A stretch of 62,238 bases of DNA, counting the filler, from Hausera hauseri (lineage: Eukaryota): assembly GCA_046269625.1 (NCBI GenBank). It is 9 parts of 9 records of this genome, joined end to end, with 100 filler letters (N's around TTAATTAATTAA, not from the genome) between each part and the next. Parts side by side here need not be neighbours in the genome. Positions count along the whole stretch, not along the records: positions 29,832 to 39,095 come from JBJURY010413255.1; positions 39,196 to 46,414 come from JBJURY010030115.1; positions 46,515 to 53,272 come from JBJURY010068884.1; 6 more parts are not named here. One strand, written 5' to 3'. The notes under the pieces were generated by a model that saw only the letters and a list, made by a program, of their open reading frames with translations, was not told where the DNA came from and did not search any database. Each line of letters opens with the position of its first letter. Positions within the stretch are counted from its first letter, which is position 1. Both the position numbers and the translations under genes were made by a program. Below, piece after piece: positions 35,455 to 48,072 of this stretch.

Positions 35455-36890
35455 TAAGGAATTGTCTGAAAGCTTCAATTTTTTCAGGCCTGTATATGCC
35501 TTTTGTTGCAGTATCTTGAAATTTGTCGTCTGTAATCAGTTTGACGAGGTTTGTTCCATTTAGTCTATTTGGGACGGCAGTGATGCCTCCATTTGGTAAA
35601 CTAACCCAATCTGTTTCACTTCGCCTAAACATAGGTTCCCCTAAACTCGCCTTACAATCTTTAAGGAACGTTCGTTCAGTTGCATTATCTAATAACACTC
35701 TAGTAAGCGGTGTGGCTAATCTTGGAGTATCCTGGTAGATAACGGGAAGTTCCTGTATACAATGTTTTTCTTCAACGTTGATAGATACGTCTTTTTCTCA
35801 CATTCGTAAGTCAATAATACTTCTCCAGTAACTCGACCGAAAATGTCTTCATTCATAGGAATTATTGAGGATGCAAACTCAGGATTATCATAAATAAGAG
35901 CCAGTTTTGTCCTCATTTTTTCCACGTCCAACTTACAATCATTTGTTACCATTTTATGATATAACTTGGTTATTCCGACTTGCTCTTTGTAATAGAAATA
36001 ATCGTTTCTGATAGTTAGTGGCGCCTGATAGTTAGTGGCGAACATCACTATTTCACAACTAAAAATCATTTCTTTATTAATAAATTTTAGTCCATGCTGA
36101 TCAGAGATTAATATAGTGGGCGTAAGATGCTCTGATTCGTCTTCGCGTGTCCTTGAGTTGGTATCAGATTTATCCACATGTCGCTTTCCGGTAGTTTCAT
36201 TAAACTTTAATTCCTTAATTTTTATAAAATTACACCTTCTTCCAGAGGGAGGTTCCCATATAATAACAGAGCTTCTAAACGCACAGGTTCCGTCTTGTAA
36301 ATGACATTTTTGATTCTCTGTGTATAGTTTGGTGACACTATGGAACATTACTTTCTGTGCTCGCATCTCTAATTCATAGAAATCTACGAACACTACGTTT
36401 GCTTGTAATTCTTTTTCGATGTCGTATTCCGCTCCGTTACAATGTTCGTTATGCATGTCTAACCTTCCGACAACTACCTTCTATGCCCTAATTATCTTTT
36501 CTGGTTGCATTTCTAATTCCATACTGTCCCATTGTACTCTTCCGATTTCCTTAGCCTCTTTGCAGTGCTGGCATTCTAAGTTTATCGGAATCGGCGGGGT
36601 TGTTGGATTGATTATCGAAAAATGTCCGTGCATTAAACCACAATGGAAGATACTACGAGATCTTCTCAACATGCTTTCCATTTCGTCTAGTGATAATAAT
36701 TCTTGTTGTTGGTACAAAAAATAACTTTTCTCTCTCGTTTCAAACTTGTGCGGTCGGGCGTCTTTGCATACTTCTAAATCCATTAGAGAGTATTTCCGTC
36801 CTAGTTTAAAGCTTATCGGAGTCGTAGACATTAACAGCGACTATATGTTTTATTAGCATCATCAAGGTGAATAAACTGATTAGCCAATTT
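35455..36890 (-). pseudogene. chuvirus-like (class III, gB-related) envelope glycoprotein, C-terminally truncated
   Basis: Hydrophobic signal LISLFTLMMLIKHIVA, then VYD..YSLMDLEVC, HCGLMHGHFSI, HCNGAEY, CHLQDGTC..IIW..C, LYHKMVTNDCKLD, GRVTGEVL..YEC, CIQELPV, PLTRVL, PMF..W and GIY. The Cys spacing and motif order match chuvirus-type G. Frameshifted; no TM anchor seen. Confidence 0.75.
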
Positions 36891-39095
36891 GATTCGTTTT
36901 TCCGGTTATTATTATCGGTTGTAACCAAATTACGTAAGATCCTCGAATTTTTACTATTGCCGAACCGTTTGTCTTTTTCTTTGTCCAATAGTCACAACCA
37001 ATTTACTTCTCAAGATAGTTTCCTCGCCGCTCTTTGTGTTAAGCTCATAGCTCTATCAATCTCATTTTCTTGATTCGGGTTTACTTTAATGCCTAAGTAT
37101 ATTAATACTTTCCTTAATTCTTCAGTGGTGTTTTCTACCATGATTCTTTCAATTACCAATTTGTCGTTTAAATTACTTTTTGATATTTTAAAACGTGAAC
37201 TTTTCATTATTATGGCCGCATTGAATATTGCTTTTTCTTTGTCATCTAATATGTCACCTCGAAGACTGGAATAATTTACAATACGTATCAAATTCTTCAT
37301 TAAATCGCTTAATTCTTCATTGTCTGTGCTGAAAGTCAGAACTGACATTTGTCTTAACTCCCTAATCAATTCTCCATTATAATCAACTTCTTCCCGTGTC
37401 TTCCTAGGCCTACAGACTGGACGTTTCTGTTTCGGGATACTGGCTATCATTTCACTCAGTGGTACTAAATTCTTGTTGTATTGTTCCTTGTCCTCATCCG
37501 TCTGTAAATACTCGAAATACATTGCAGCGTCTCGGACTCCCATGACTTGTCCTACACACTGTTCTGTCTCAGCCTTTCGTGTGGTTTCTTCTTTAGTCTG
37601 TTCATTTGCTAATGTTGCTATTATCTCATTTGTCTCGCCGGGGATAATCTCGACATCTATTAATTGTCCTAAGTCGTCTAATATTCTACCTCTAAAGTAA
37701 AATCTATAATTTAACTCATTTGTTCCACCATTACTTATCAACCATTCTTTTACGTCCCTTACATAGGAATACGTAGTTAGTTCACATTCTTTCTCATCCA
37801 TTCACTTAGAAGATATCATTACTTTCATCGCCATTTCAGGTTTAGCTCTCAAGATTTTAGCGTACTTCCTTATCAAAAGATTCGGCACTGCGCTATAAAC
37901 TGTACTTTCACTGGATAATTTAGTTAGGGTCGGAAGAAGTTGTCTAAGTTTGCTTTCAGCAATGATTTCGTCAGTTAGTTCAATTAGATCCTTTTCAGTT
38001 AGCGCTGAATTTAAGAGCATCTTCACGTTGAACCTTCTGTTCTGTAAACTCGTTCCTATTTCGTTTAGCTGTACCGGAGTTACAGGGTTTCCGGTCGCTA
38101 ATACTTCTAAATATGCATTCAATTGCGGTTCGTTTCCGATGTCTGAAAGCCCTGATCGACTAGTATTGTGCTTGCCTTTTGTAAATTTTCTCGAATCTCT
38201 TTTAGCCTTGGCTGTATTTCCTTCATCTGCGTGGTNNNNNNNNNNTGGTTCGAAACCCTATTCTGTTTTTACAGACATACTGAATCATTTTCAGCATTTC
38301 GCCTAATTCGTTAGATTTGATAAACCCTTTTGGTGATAATCCGTTCGTTCAATAATTACGTCTCTTTGCCATCTTTGTACAAATTCTAGCTTATTTTTAA
38401 TTTCCGAATCGGTAAAAACATATTTTTTCCGATAGATTTCAAATTTTTTTGTTAGTTTGTCTAACCTCGTTGTTCTTTGTTTGGTTCTAATTCATGTTTC
38501 TTCGACTTGCTGTGGTTTGGGCATCAAGTGCCTCATTTTCTCGTCATTAATCTCTGCCATTTCTACTAATAGGAAGATTAACTCGTACATTTTATTTATG
38601 ATTTTCGAATCAGGGTCCATTACAGCGAGCAATTTCTTTATGAACTTAGATTCCTCAAAACTGATGCGTTGATCGTTTCTGATCCGATTCAGCTTAATAT
38701 AGTAATTCTGGTCGGTCCCGATCATCCATTCTTGTGGTTTATAAAAGAATTTTATTGTTTCCGCTAAGGTTGTTCTATGTTCCAGACAAATGTCTAGGGC
38801 TTTGATACCCTGGGTTGAAATCTTGTTAATAGATTTATCTGTTAAATGTCGGATTCCTTTTAGTCGGATCTTTCTTAATCTTGGATAAAAATTGCAAGTC
38901 ATATTTTGCTTTTCTGCAAAGTTTTGTTCTTCGATCATTTTATAAATCTCTTGCAATATCGTCGCTTCTTGATTCTTCGTCATAAAGTTCAGTCGTCGTA
39001 ATGATTCGAATTGACTTAGGTTATCTATTTCTGTCTTTATTGTATCTAAGTTATGTGCGTCTTTTTCTAATTGTTTCTTTTTGGAAGGCTCGCTC
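36890..39095 (-). pseudogene. upstream part of the same decayed polyprotein: LRR-like repeats, helical region, ubiquitin-like domain
   Basis: ORFs 37802-38122, 37010-37801 and 36806-36988 share one frame, separated only by TGA codons. UBL-like MKVMISSK*MDEKECELTTYSYVRDVKEWL..NYRFYFRGRILDD..LIDVEI. LRR-like LSQFESLRRLNF and YPRLRKIRLKGIRHLTDKSINKI. Confidence 0.6.
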
Positions 39096-39195
39096 NNNNN
39101 NNNNNNNNNNNNNNNNNNNNNNNNNNNNNNNNNNNNNNNTTAATTAATTAANNNNNNNNNNNNNNNNNNNNNNNNNNNNNNNNNNNNNNNNNNNN

Positions 39196-39272
39196 ATATA
39201 TTTTTGCCTATTTGTCTTATTTTACAGTGTGATACTTTTAAATTTAATTTAATAAATTTGACGGCATAAAAC
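39196..39272 (+). repeat. 77-bp exact terminal direct repeat (second copy 46338-46414)
   Basis: The first and last 77 nt of the contig are identical. Confidence 0.95.
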
Positions 39273-40719
39273 ATTTCAATTAATTCATATAATCATCTAT
39301 CTGTGACAGAAATTTTATAAAATATTTAAATCATTACAATATTTTGGAATTGTATTAAATAATTTCAAAAATGACAATCCGTTTTTAGTGGGCATGTTGA
39401 AATTTTTGTGTGAGTAATCGTTCCAAATTTTATTAAATTTGAAAAGGCAAAATATTAGAAGGCACAATATTAGACATCTGAATTAAAAATTTTGACTTGT
39501 TACTTTGGATCGAAAATACGTTGTTTTATAATAATACTATGATAATAATATGATTAAACAATGTAGTTCAGATCCAGGGCAACAAGATCAAAATATAAAC
39601 TTTAATATCTAATTTTTGCTGGTCACTCTCAACATTCTGAATAAAAGTTAAACTGAAACAAGTAAAAATATATTTTAGGAAACACATTCATCAATTTCTT
39701 TATAACTCAAACGTTTTAATCCAGTTTTCACAACTATACCACTATGGGAAACACTGACACAGGAGATTGAAATTTTGTAACCAGAGAGCATGAAATGGTT
39801 AAAATTAATAGAAACTTTGAACATTGTTTAAAATGTTCTAAATATTAATCGTTTATTTGTGAACGAACATAATAGTGACTGTGTTTTTAACGCAATTTTC
39901 AGATGTAAATTTTTAGATAACATGGGCATCGTACTATCACTATGATACTTTTCTTTGTTTAGAACAGCAGAATATTAAAATTAGGATATCTTTATGAGAT
40001 TTGCTTCACATCAATGGCAAAAATTTAATTTAACAAATTTTTCGGCTGTATATCCTTTATATAAATATTTGTAATCATAAAGATGATAAGTTTCCAAAAA
40101 TGTGAAGTATATATTAAAAGAAATTTATTCTCTAGTAAATCTATTTTGGATGGGAAAATTCAGGAAGAATTTAAACGCTTAGATCCATCAAGCAAGAGGA
40201 TCATTGTTATCTAAAATGATCGAATTTAGGAGTGATCGCCATGTAAAAGTTGCGCTGGAAATTGGAATCGTAGACATTGCGAACATGACACTTGAGTTAA
40301 GAAATTTTATTAAATATAGAGACAATTATAGATTTCTGAACAAATTTTTAATTTTGGAGATTAAATTGTTTCAACAACAATTCCATTCTATTTCATTTAA
40401 AATTTTACCTTAAATTTATTTTATTTTAAAATTAATGTCGCTCTAAATATAACTTTAAATCAATATAATAAATCAAATTAGAAGTTTCATTTAAATATTA
40501 ATTAAATTTCACAATTATTAAAATATCTATACACTATACGATTCATAAAAAATTATTTGGAAAAATGGTAAAAAACACTAGACAATGTTACATAAAAATA
40601 CATTTATTAGAATAACATTTCGATTTCTTGTAATGAAAATTAACGATAACATTTTTCAATATCTTGATCATAAAAGTACATTTTGTATTAAATTTGAAAG
40701 CTTATCCATGTCAGAATTA

Positions 40720-41238
40720 TTACTTACGTGTTGCGTTTGAGAAAAGAGATTTCATAGTTCTTTCATTTTGAATAATCTGGCCTTTTCGATGGTCAATTTT
40801 ACGATGCACTGACATGACTTTCATGCTATTTGTAATTTTGTCTACGCTTGACTGTGTAATTCTGTCATCCATACACAGTAATTTCATCGATATCTGAGTG
40901 GATAACTGAAATATCAGCTGCAATTTTTTCATTCTTACTGTTCCAACTTGTACATTTCCAACCGGGCTGTGAACCGTTAATGCAATAATACGCTTAGTAA
41001 TTTCGTGAATGTCAACAGTTTCATCAGGCCAACAAACTGCCACATTATCGCTCTTTGTTGATTGTGTCGGTTCCAATTTTTTGAATAGAGATTGACTTGG
41101 AATTACATATTCTTCTTCGTGAAAACTTTTATACGTTTGTTGTCTGTATAGAAAACCTTTACCTGTGCTTGATATTGATGACACAACAGTATAAAAACAC
41201 GATGAAACAAATGAAATATAATTTTGCATGGACGACAT
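40720..41238 (-). CDS. hypothetical protein (172 aa open frame; may splice at GTAAG near 40727)
   Basis: Long ATG-initiated open frame in very AT-rich surroundings. No recognisable motif. Confidence 0.4.
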   Translation of the reverse strand: MSSMQNYISFVSSCFYTVVSSISSTGKGFLYRQQTYKSFHEEEYVIPSQSLFKKLEPTQSTKSDNVAVCWPDETVDIHEITKRIIALTVHSPVGNVQVGTVRMKKLQLIFQLSTQISMKLLCMDDRITQSSVDKITNSMKVMSVHRKIDHRKGQIIQNERTMKSLFSNATRK

Positions 41239-42129
41239 TTTATCGATTTATTCATAAAGTATAATGAAAAATATCTGTTACATGGCGTTAACCATCCTGA
41301 ATATTTTAATTTTAAATGATATTATTGGCTCAATGGCATTTTTCTTACATTCATGTAAATTACCGGTCATTGACTAAAATTAAAATATTAAATTTATAAT
41401 ACTAATGTCATTTACTTTTATGTCTTTGTTAGTTCATGTAGAATAGCTATTACTTGTTTTTCAACTTATTTCATTTACTTATATACCGCAAATCTATTGT
41501 TGTATCATCTATTTTTTCAGTTTCTTCACTTGTTAAAAGAAACTTTAATTTATCATTAAATTTGTAATATCAAAATTCCTACTGGCAACATTGACATGAT
41601 ATTTTCCTTATCCATTTAGAAGTCAATTTTCAAATTCGTGCAATATGATTTTGATTTGTAGTATTTCGAAATAAGTAGTAAAAGGTTGTAGACAACGGTA
41701 ATGGACGAAGTACTTATAAATCAACAAAATGCAATTAAGAAACCATTAAAAATCTTTTTACAGTACGAATTGATAGGTTGCAACTGATAATTTTGTTTAT
41801 ACATTTCGAGCAACTCTGCATGAAAATAATTTTACAGTGAGTACGGTGACGAAACAAAACACCAATGTTTCATTCAAGATATTCGATTGTATTACTCATG
41901 CACTTAAGTTCCCGTCCAAAATATAAAATTACAACTATTACTCTAATAGTTATCATATCGTAGGTAAACCCTGAATCATATGTATTGCTTTCACTCAATG
42001 ATAAGAATTCATCGGAAGATAAAATTTCAATAAAACAGATTATCATCTCATTAATATTAATCCGGATTGTCTTTAATAGGTAAAATTTTCTGAACAGATG
42101 AGTCTTATTTTTACTAATTTATTCTAACT

Positions 42130-42830
42130 TTTAATTTCTGACTATACACCTGTTATGTGGATGTCGATACTGTCTCGGTTGTTGTGAAACATTGACTGAC
42201 AAATGTATCAATGACTTTTCGGAATGTCGAATTATGTTGCACAGAGATATACAAAAGTATGTTGCTTGTAATAGAGAAATTATGAGTCTTAAGGATTGTT
42301 GTTTGTATTGCTCACATGTCAGTCACCTTTCTCAAATGCAATCACACTTGAATATTTGTGATGAAAGTTTTAATTTGTGACTGTGGACTTGAATATCTAC
42401 AAAAAGATACAAACAATCACGCAATGAATTTGTACAGAAATCGCGAAGTGGAATGTTTAATGATTTAAAATCTAATGTCATTAAAATATTCTTCTTGGAT
42501 TGATTTTACACTTTTGAATTTTGGTACCGCATTTGCTTAAAATGTTATCCATATGGAGATGGAGTTGGTTTTTGAACACATATATCATTGTATTTTGTCT
42601 TTATGAAGGGGGATTACGACGATTATTTCGATAGCCTTTTACCGATAAATTACGGAGAAAATATCACTAAAAGTGAAACTTTCCACGTGAAAGAAGATTC
42701 TCCGTTGTTCCGTTATGCAAAACCAATTGACTTGTATATTTTAAATGGATCACCAACATTCATTGATCATTGAACCTTATTTTATCAATAATAAAAAACT
42801 ATTATGTTAATGTAAGATGTACTGTGTTGA
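42130..42830 (+). pseudogene. TRAF-family pseudogene (RING remnant, zinc fingers, MATH domain)
   Basis: LLCGCRYCLGC; NREIMSL..C..C...MQSHLNIC; FYT..YRICLKCYPYGDGVG.*THISLYFVFMKGDYD, the TRAF MATH signature. Contains stops and frameshifts. Confidence 0.75.
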
Positions 42831-44009
42831 ATGTTTCTGATTAACCTTTGTTTTAATATACTTTTAATCAACTTTCTATCTTCTGCATATATATATTTGC
42901 ATTTTATCTAACGTTTCATATTTATCATTGTTGCAATCGAGTACCGATTCATGATACAACTGATAAAAATTAAGATTGTCTATAATATTATTTATACCCG
43001 TGATTTTTGAATGCATCAATTGAACCACGAAAACGATATATAGCACACCAGGATTATCGATAAAATGATCATATGGGGGATTTTTTAATACAAAACGAAT
43101 ACAACTTGGTTCAACAATTGTCATAATAACTAAAAAATACTTTTATTATTATTAAACGGATGCAACACTAAAGCAATCAATATGTTCAAAATTTTGTTTT
43201 GAAATTCTGCAACCTTGCTAAGTGTGAATATTAAAACAAAACCAATTTTAGGCCGTCAGAATTTGATAAATGCTCTGAAGCCACCAACAATTGTCGAAAA
43301 CACAAATGAATCGTGTAAAACTAAAAAAACAATATTGACCACCAAAGAAAATCGTAAATATCCAGCACAAAGAATTTCGAAAACATACCACAAGAACAAA
43401 ATTATCAAATAAAATGCGTTATACATTGGTAGTATTATAAATTGTAGGATTATTAAACAATTGCATGGTTAAATTTTCTTCTACTTGGTATTGATTGTTG
43501 ATGAACACTGAAATATTGGCTAATGAATAAATCCCAACAATAAATTCCCATATTATAATTTTGTTTGTCGCAATGAGTAATTTTCGAATCATATTCTTTA
43601 GACGTTGAATCGAAATTGAAACGAAATTATCCAAGCATAAAATAGTTTATTGTTAAAATTCTGTGAATACTTTTATTAAGTGATGACAAAATATCTTCGG
43701 TATTCATGGATTATCCAATAACGACAAAGCCTGATTACTTAACAAACGCGTACATGGATCGAAATTCGCTAAATATTTTTCCGATATTTATACTTTTTAT
43801 TGATATCGAATAAACTGTTGTGACACTGACAACGACTTGGGGAACACTTCGTAAATAAGTATTGAGATTTTAATTGAAACACTTGAGTCTTAAAATATTT
43901 ATAATCAGAACTTTGGTCGATGTATACGATTAATGTTCGTCACTAGAGTTGACGAATCATAACGATCCAGGATCTAGAAATGATAAATTACTGAAGATAA
44001 TTTTGTTAT

Positions 44010-45064
44010 ATGGTCAGTTTGAATTAGCTTTCTTCAAAGCTTTAGTTAACACATTAGCAATCACACACATTCATACGTCATCTTACCTCCCTCAAGCAAA
44101 CGGATTAATCGAAAGTTTTTATATAACGCTAAAAGTGTCGTTAAAAATCTTCGCCGAAGCCAATCAAAACTGTCTGTCAATTCTCCAATTAATTCTCCTA
44201 GGTTGCAGAAATATTCCATCAACATCAACTGACTGTTTCCCAGCACAAGCTTCGTTTGGAACATCTATCAGGGCACTGTCTGACGTTACAGAAAGTGAGC
44301 AACACCTACAGATCAGAATATTAACGCAGTAAGACAACATTTTATTTACCTGGATAATGACGCGTTTTGCAAAGTGCTAAACCAGGAAAAGACATTTGTA
44401 CGAAAGGAAATGTATGAAGCAAAGTTTGTCTGGGTGCGTAACCCATTACAGCACGCCTTTCAACCGGCATATATTGGACCATACAAATTGATCAAATTGC
44501 ATTCGCATAACACTAAAATACTTCGCGACGGAAAGAAATAGTCATTAACGTTTCAAATGTGAAACTAGCATTTGTTATTACAGACGATGCAGAAAAAACG
44601 GATAATGAAAATAAAACCCCTGATAGTAAATCATTGTTACACGATTTATTTAACTTACCGCCACCAAACTCTCCAAACAATATTAATTCAAAATAATAGC
44701 CAACGTAATCACGATTCAATGCCTCAAGCAAGAGAAATAATTGAGGAAGTCTCCAGCCTCTATAATTGTCTAAATACCGGAACAATGTCTCCTTTTCTAC
44801 CGAACATCCACATTGAGGACTGGTCAAATGGAGCGGGAAATGAGCAAACGCAAACTTCTCAAAATACGTTACTTTCCACAAACATGTCAAACGAACTACC
44901 AGCTGTCACCATAAAAACACGCAAAAAAGTGCAGTTTAAACCCTATAGTCATGTACAGTATCCTTCTGGTAGAATTAGGACGACTAAAACTTAGTGTTCA
45001 GTTTTCGGATAAATCCATCAAAATAGCTGTTAATCATAATTTGTTAACTTCTCACAGGGGGATA
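44010..45064 (+). mobile_element. Gypsy integrase C-terminal fragment with 3' region and PPT
   Basis: GQFELAFFKAL..HIHTSSYLPQANGLIESF..LK.SLK; AKFVWVR..FQPAYIGPYK. PPT AGGGGGA precedes TGTTGTG at 45065. Related to the other Gypsy copies. Confidence 0.8.
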
Positions 45065-45619
45065 TGTTGTGCCTAAAAATAATAGAATTTCGGGCATCAT
45101 TTTTCATTGACATTGAATTTTGAAAATTTCATAAATTTGTAATTAGATACAATATTTATAACATCAGTAAATTCTTATTTTTTATTTATATTATAAATTT
45201 ACAGCAAACAGGAATAATATGTGGGGAAGCAGAATAATTACCGTGACAGCAATTGCAAAGCAATAAGAAAAATGAGAAACCTTTCAGTATGTAATTTTGT
45301 TTTAATCGAAATAAAAATCTCCTTTTGGTGACTTCAAATTTCAGTACAGACTTCTTTTAATCTTCATCGAGGATAAAAAGCACATGAAGTACCTCGTTAT
45401 GCGATATATACGAACGAGAACGGAGCCAACAATCCAGAAGCTTCACACATGGAAACCATTGAAAGCCTTCTATAAATCTCGACAAACATAAACCAATTAT
45501 TCGCTAACCAAAATGCTCACTTAACAAATTAAAAACATCCATTGTCCCATACTGTCGAACATCATTGTGCACAAACCAGTAACCTTCAAATTTCTCTAAT
45601 CCATTAACATACGGTATAA

Positions 45620-46060
45620 ACTGTCGAGGCAACATGTTTTAATAAATTTCTCCTAAAACGTCTGTTGCAATAAATAAGCCACGAATTGACCTGAATATAT
45701 TCCCATATAAAACCAAAGTAAATAATCCAATTAGTGAACTTTCTGAGAATCGAAGATTGAATTTTACGAAATTGATGTTTGTAAGCATAAAAAGAGCGAT
45801 TTTAATTAAACATTGCTTTTCCATGAGGCACACTTTCAACTTAAATGATATGTATAAAATCAGAATTGACCAGAAAATCATCCTCACTCCATTTTAAAAT
45901 AACTTCATCCATTAAGAGTACCATAAGTTTTGATATGGTAATACGCCATTATTTATAGCAACAACAGTTTCGGGAGAAGTTTATTTAAACATATTACAAG
46001 ACAATTTTATACCGTATTTGTATGGATTGGAGAAAACTGAGGTTACTAGTTTATACGTCA
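45620..46060 (+). mobile_element. Tc1/mariner (maT/rosa-like) transposase fragment
   Basis: Frameshifted pieces DLNIFPYK..RRLNF, FS.EAHFQL, ENHPH..LHPLRV and TVSGEVYLNILQDNFIPYL. Confidence 0.55.
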
Positions 46061-46514
46061 ACATAGGAGTGTAGTTCAAAAAGTTTTCGGAAAATGTATT
46101 TTTGAAATTTTGCTAAACTTATTAAATCTCTATAAATTAAGTACGCGCAAGTTTGATTTTAGTTTCTAAATGTATATACATATATATACATCACGTAAAG
46201 TAAATTTATAATTTTTCTCATTTGTTTTGAACATAGTTATGCTTTTCAACTATCTAAAATAAATTTGACTGCAATAAAAATAACTGTAGTAATCTATTGA
46301 TATTATAGTATAAATGTATAAATCTATGTACAACTGTATATATTTTTGCCTATTTGTCTTATTTTACAGTGTGATACTTTTAAATTTAATTTAATAAATT
46401 TGACGGCATAAAACNNNNNNNNNNNNNNNNNNNNNNNNNNNNNNNNNNNNNNNNNNNNTTAATTAATTAANNNNNNNNNNNNNNNNNNNNNNNNNNNNNN
46501 NNNNNNNNNNNNNN

Positions 46515-48070
46515 AAAAAAAACAAAAATCATTTTCTTGTGATCACAAGGAAACCAAAATTAATGCAGTTATTCAGGAGAATTCTAGGAGTCAATTTACA
46601 CAAGATCAAGGTAATTGTTTTTCTGTTTATTTTGTCATTAGCTTTATTTTCTTTGTATCTCAGATTGGATTTCTCAGAACGGTAATTGTTTATTTTATGG
46701 GTATATTTATTTTCTTTATTTTAGACTTGATTTGGATTTCTCTAGACTGCACACTTCTACCAGGGCGCAATCAAACCCCCCAAAAAGTCAGACAATTATT
46801 ATTTTAAGATTTCCTGTCAAATGATTCAGGGAAAATTCGCATTCCGTTTGGAACCAACAATTGGTGTCAGAAAAACCAGATTTCATCCTCCAGACCAGGC
46901 TCGGCCATAAAGATTTCCGCGGGATTGAGTGATCTTCATGCAGACGATCATAATGGAAATACAAGGTGGGCGAATTTTCTATATTTCGTACTTTTGCGTT
47001 TGTTCACAAAAGTCATTTCTAAATCAAACTCCGTGACAGAAACACTGTTCAAGCATTGGTTTGAAAAGTAGCTAAAGCGAAAGGCACGGAAATTCTAAAT
47101 AATTGGAAAGAATTTCAAATGAATTTAGACTCGACGTATGGATAAATTTATAGTTATTTTATACAACAATATATACATGTTGAATAGGATCAATTTATTT
47201 ATTGATGCTAGTTATTTATGTATAGAAAATACAGAACTCTTCATGGCTGTCCACAATTTGTCATGCAGACATTTTCCACTGCTTCTTAAATATTATAGAT
47301 ATTCAACTTTAAACGAATTGTCTGAAGCTGTATTTAGTAAATAGTTACAAAGCATACTTTGGATTTTAATATCATATCAAAAAAAATTACCAACATCACT
47401 TGGAAACATTTTTCGGGAACTCCAACAAATGATTTTTTCGGTATTCGATTTTAGTAGTTTAAAAAATTCAAAACTCTCAAGTCTAGTCATTCCTGTGTTA
47501 AAAAATTTGAAATCTTTCAAAATTGCAAATTCATCCTTTGATTTGGCATCCATCGACAATATGCCAAGGAAATCTTTCGTCTTAATTGATGCAGATGTAA
47601 TGAAATTGAATTCAAATCTAGAATGGTATTTGGAAACAGTTTTTCACTCGGATGATAACTTCATCATTAACGACGATATTGTAGCGTCGGAAGAACTTCT
47701 CATGAAACTAATTAGAAGAACAAATGAAAATATTTTTCGGACGTTGGATAAATTTTATCACGCCTCATCAGATGCTCTTCAGACTTATCACTTTGCAAAA
47801 ATATTTTTGCCGAAACTGTGTCTGTGTCGAACTTTTTAAGTAGTACAGTGTTGTCTTCAAAGCGATCTTCTAGAAATTTTGCAAATTTTCTGATCAAATT
47901 AATAAGTCATGCTTAGTGTTTTCTTACACATGTTGTCGAATTAGAACCCAATGAAGAGTTACCCAATTTTCATCATTTCGAGCTCCTGCTGATATATTTT
48001 AAAAGCCCAATAGAAAAGGAAACAGTTACGATTGAAATCATCCAAGAGTCTGCAATTTATGCAGAACTAT
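46515..48070 (+). pseudogene. unidentified, probably decayed host coding region with short introns
   Basis: GTAATT..AG candidate introns of about 40-55 nt near 46611-46724, and open frames 47138-47344 and 47429-47839. No recognisable family. Confidence 0.25.
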
Positions 48071-48072
48071 TT

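Noticed and set aside
34888-35455. Glycoprotein as env of Gypsy copy 1
   Set aside because: It is on the opposite strand, lies beyond the PPT/3' LTR start, and is separated by unrelated AT-rich DNA.
39860-40413. Possible BTB/BACK-like pseudogene
   Set aside because: The resemblance is too weak and the frames too broken to support a call.
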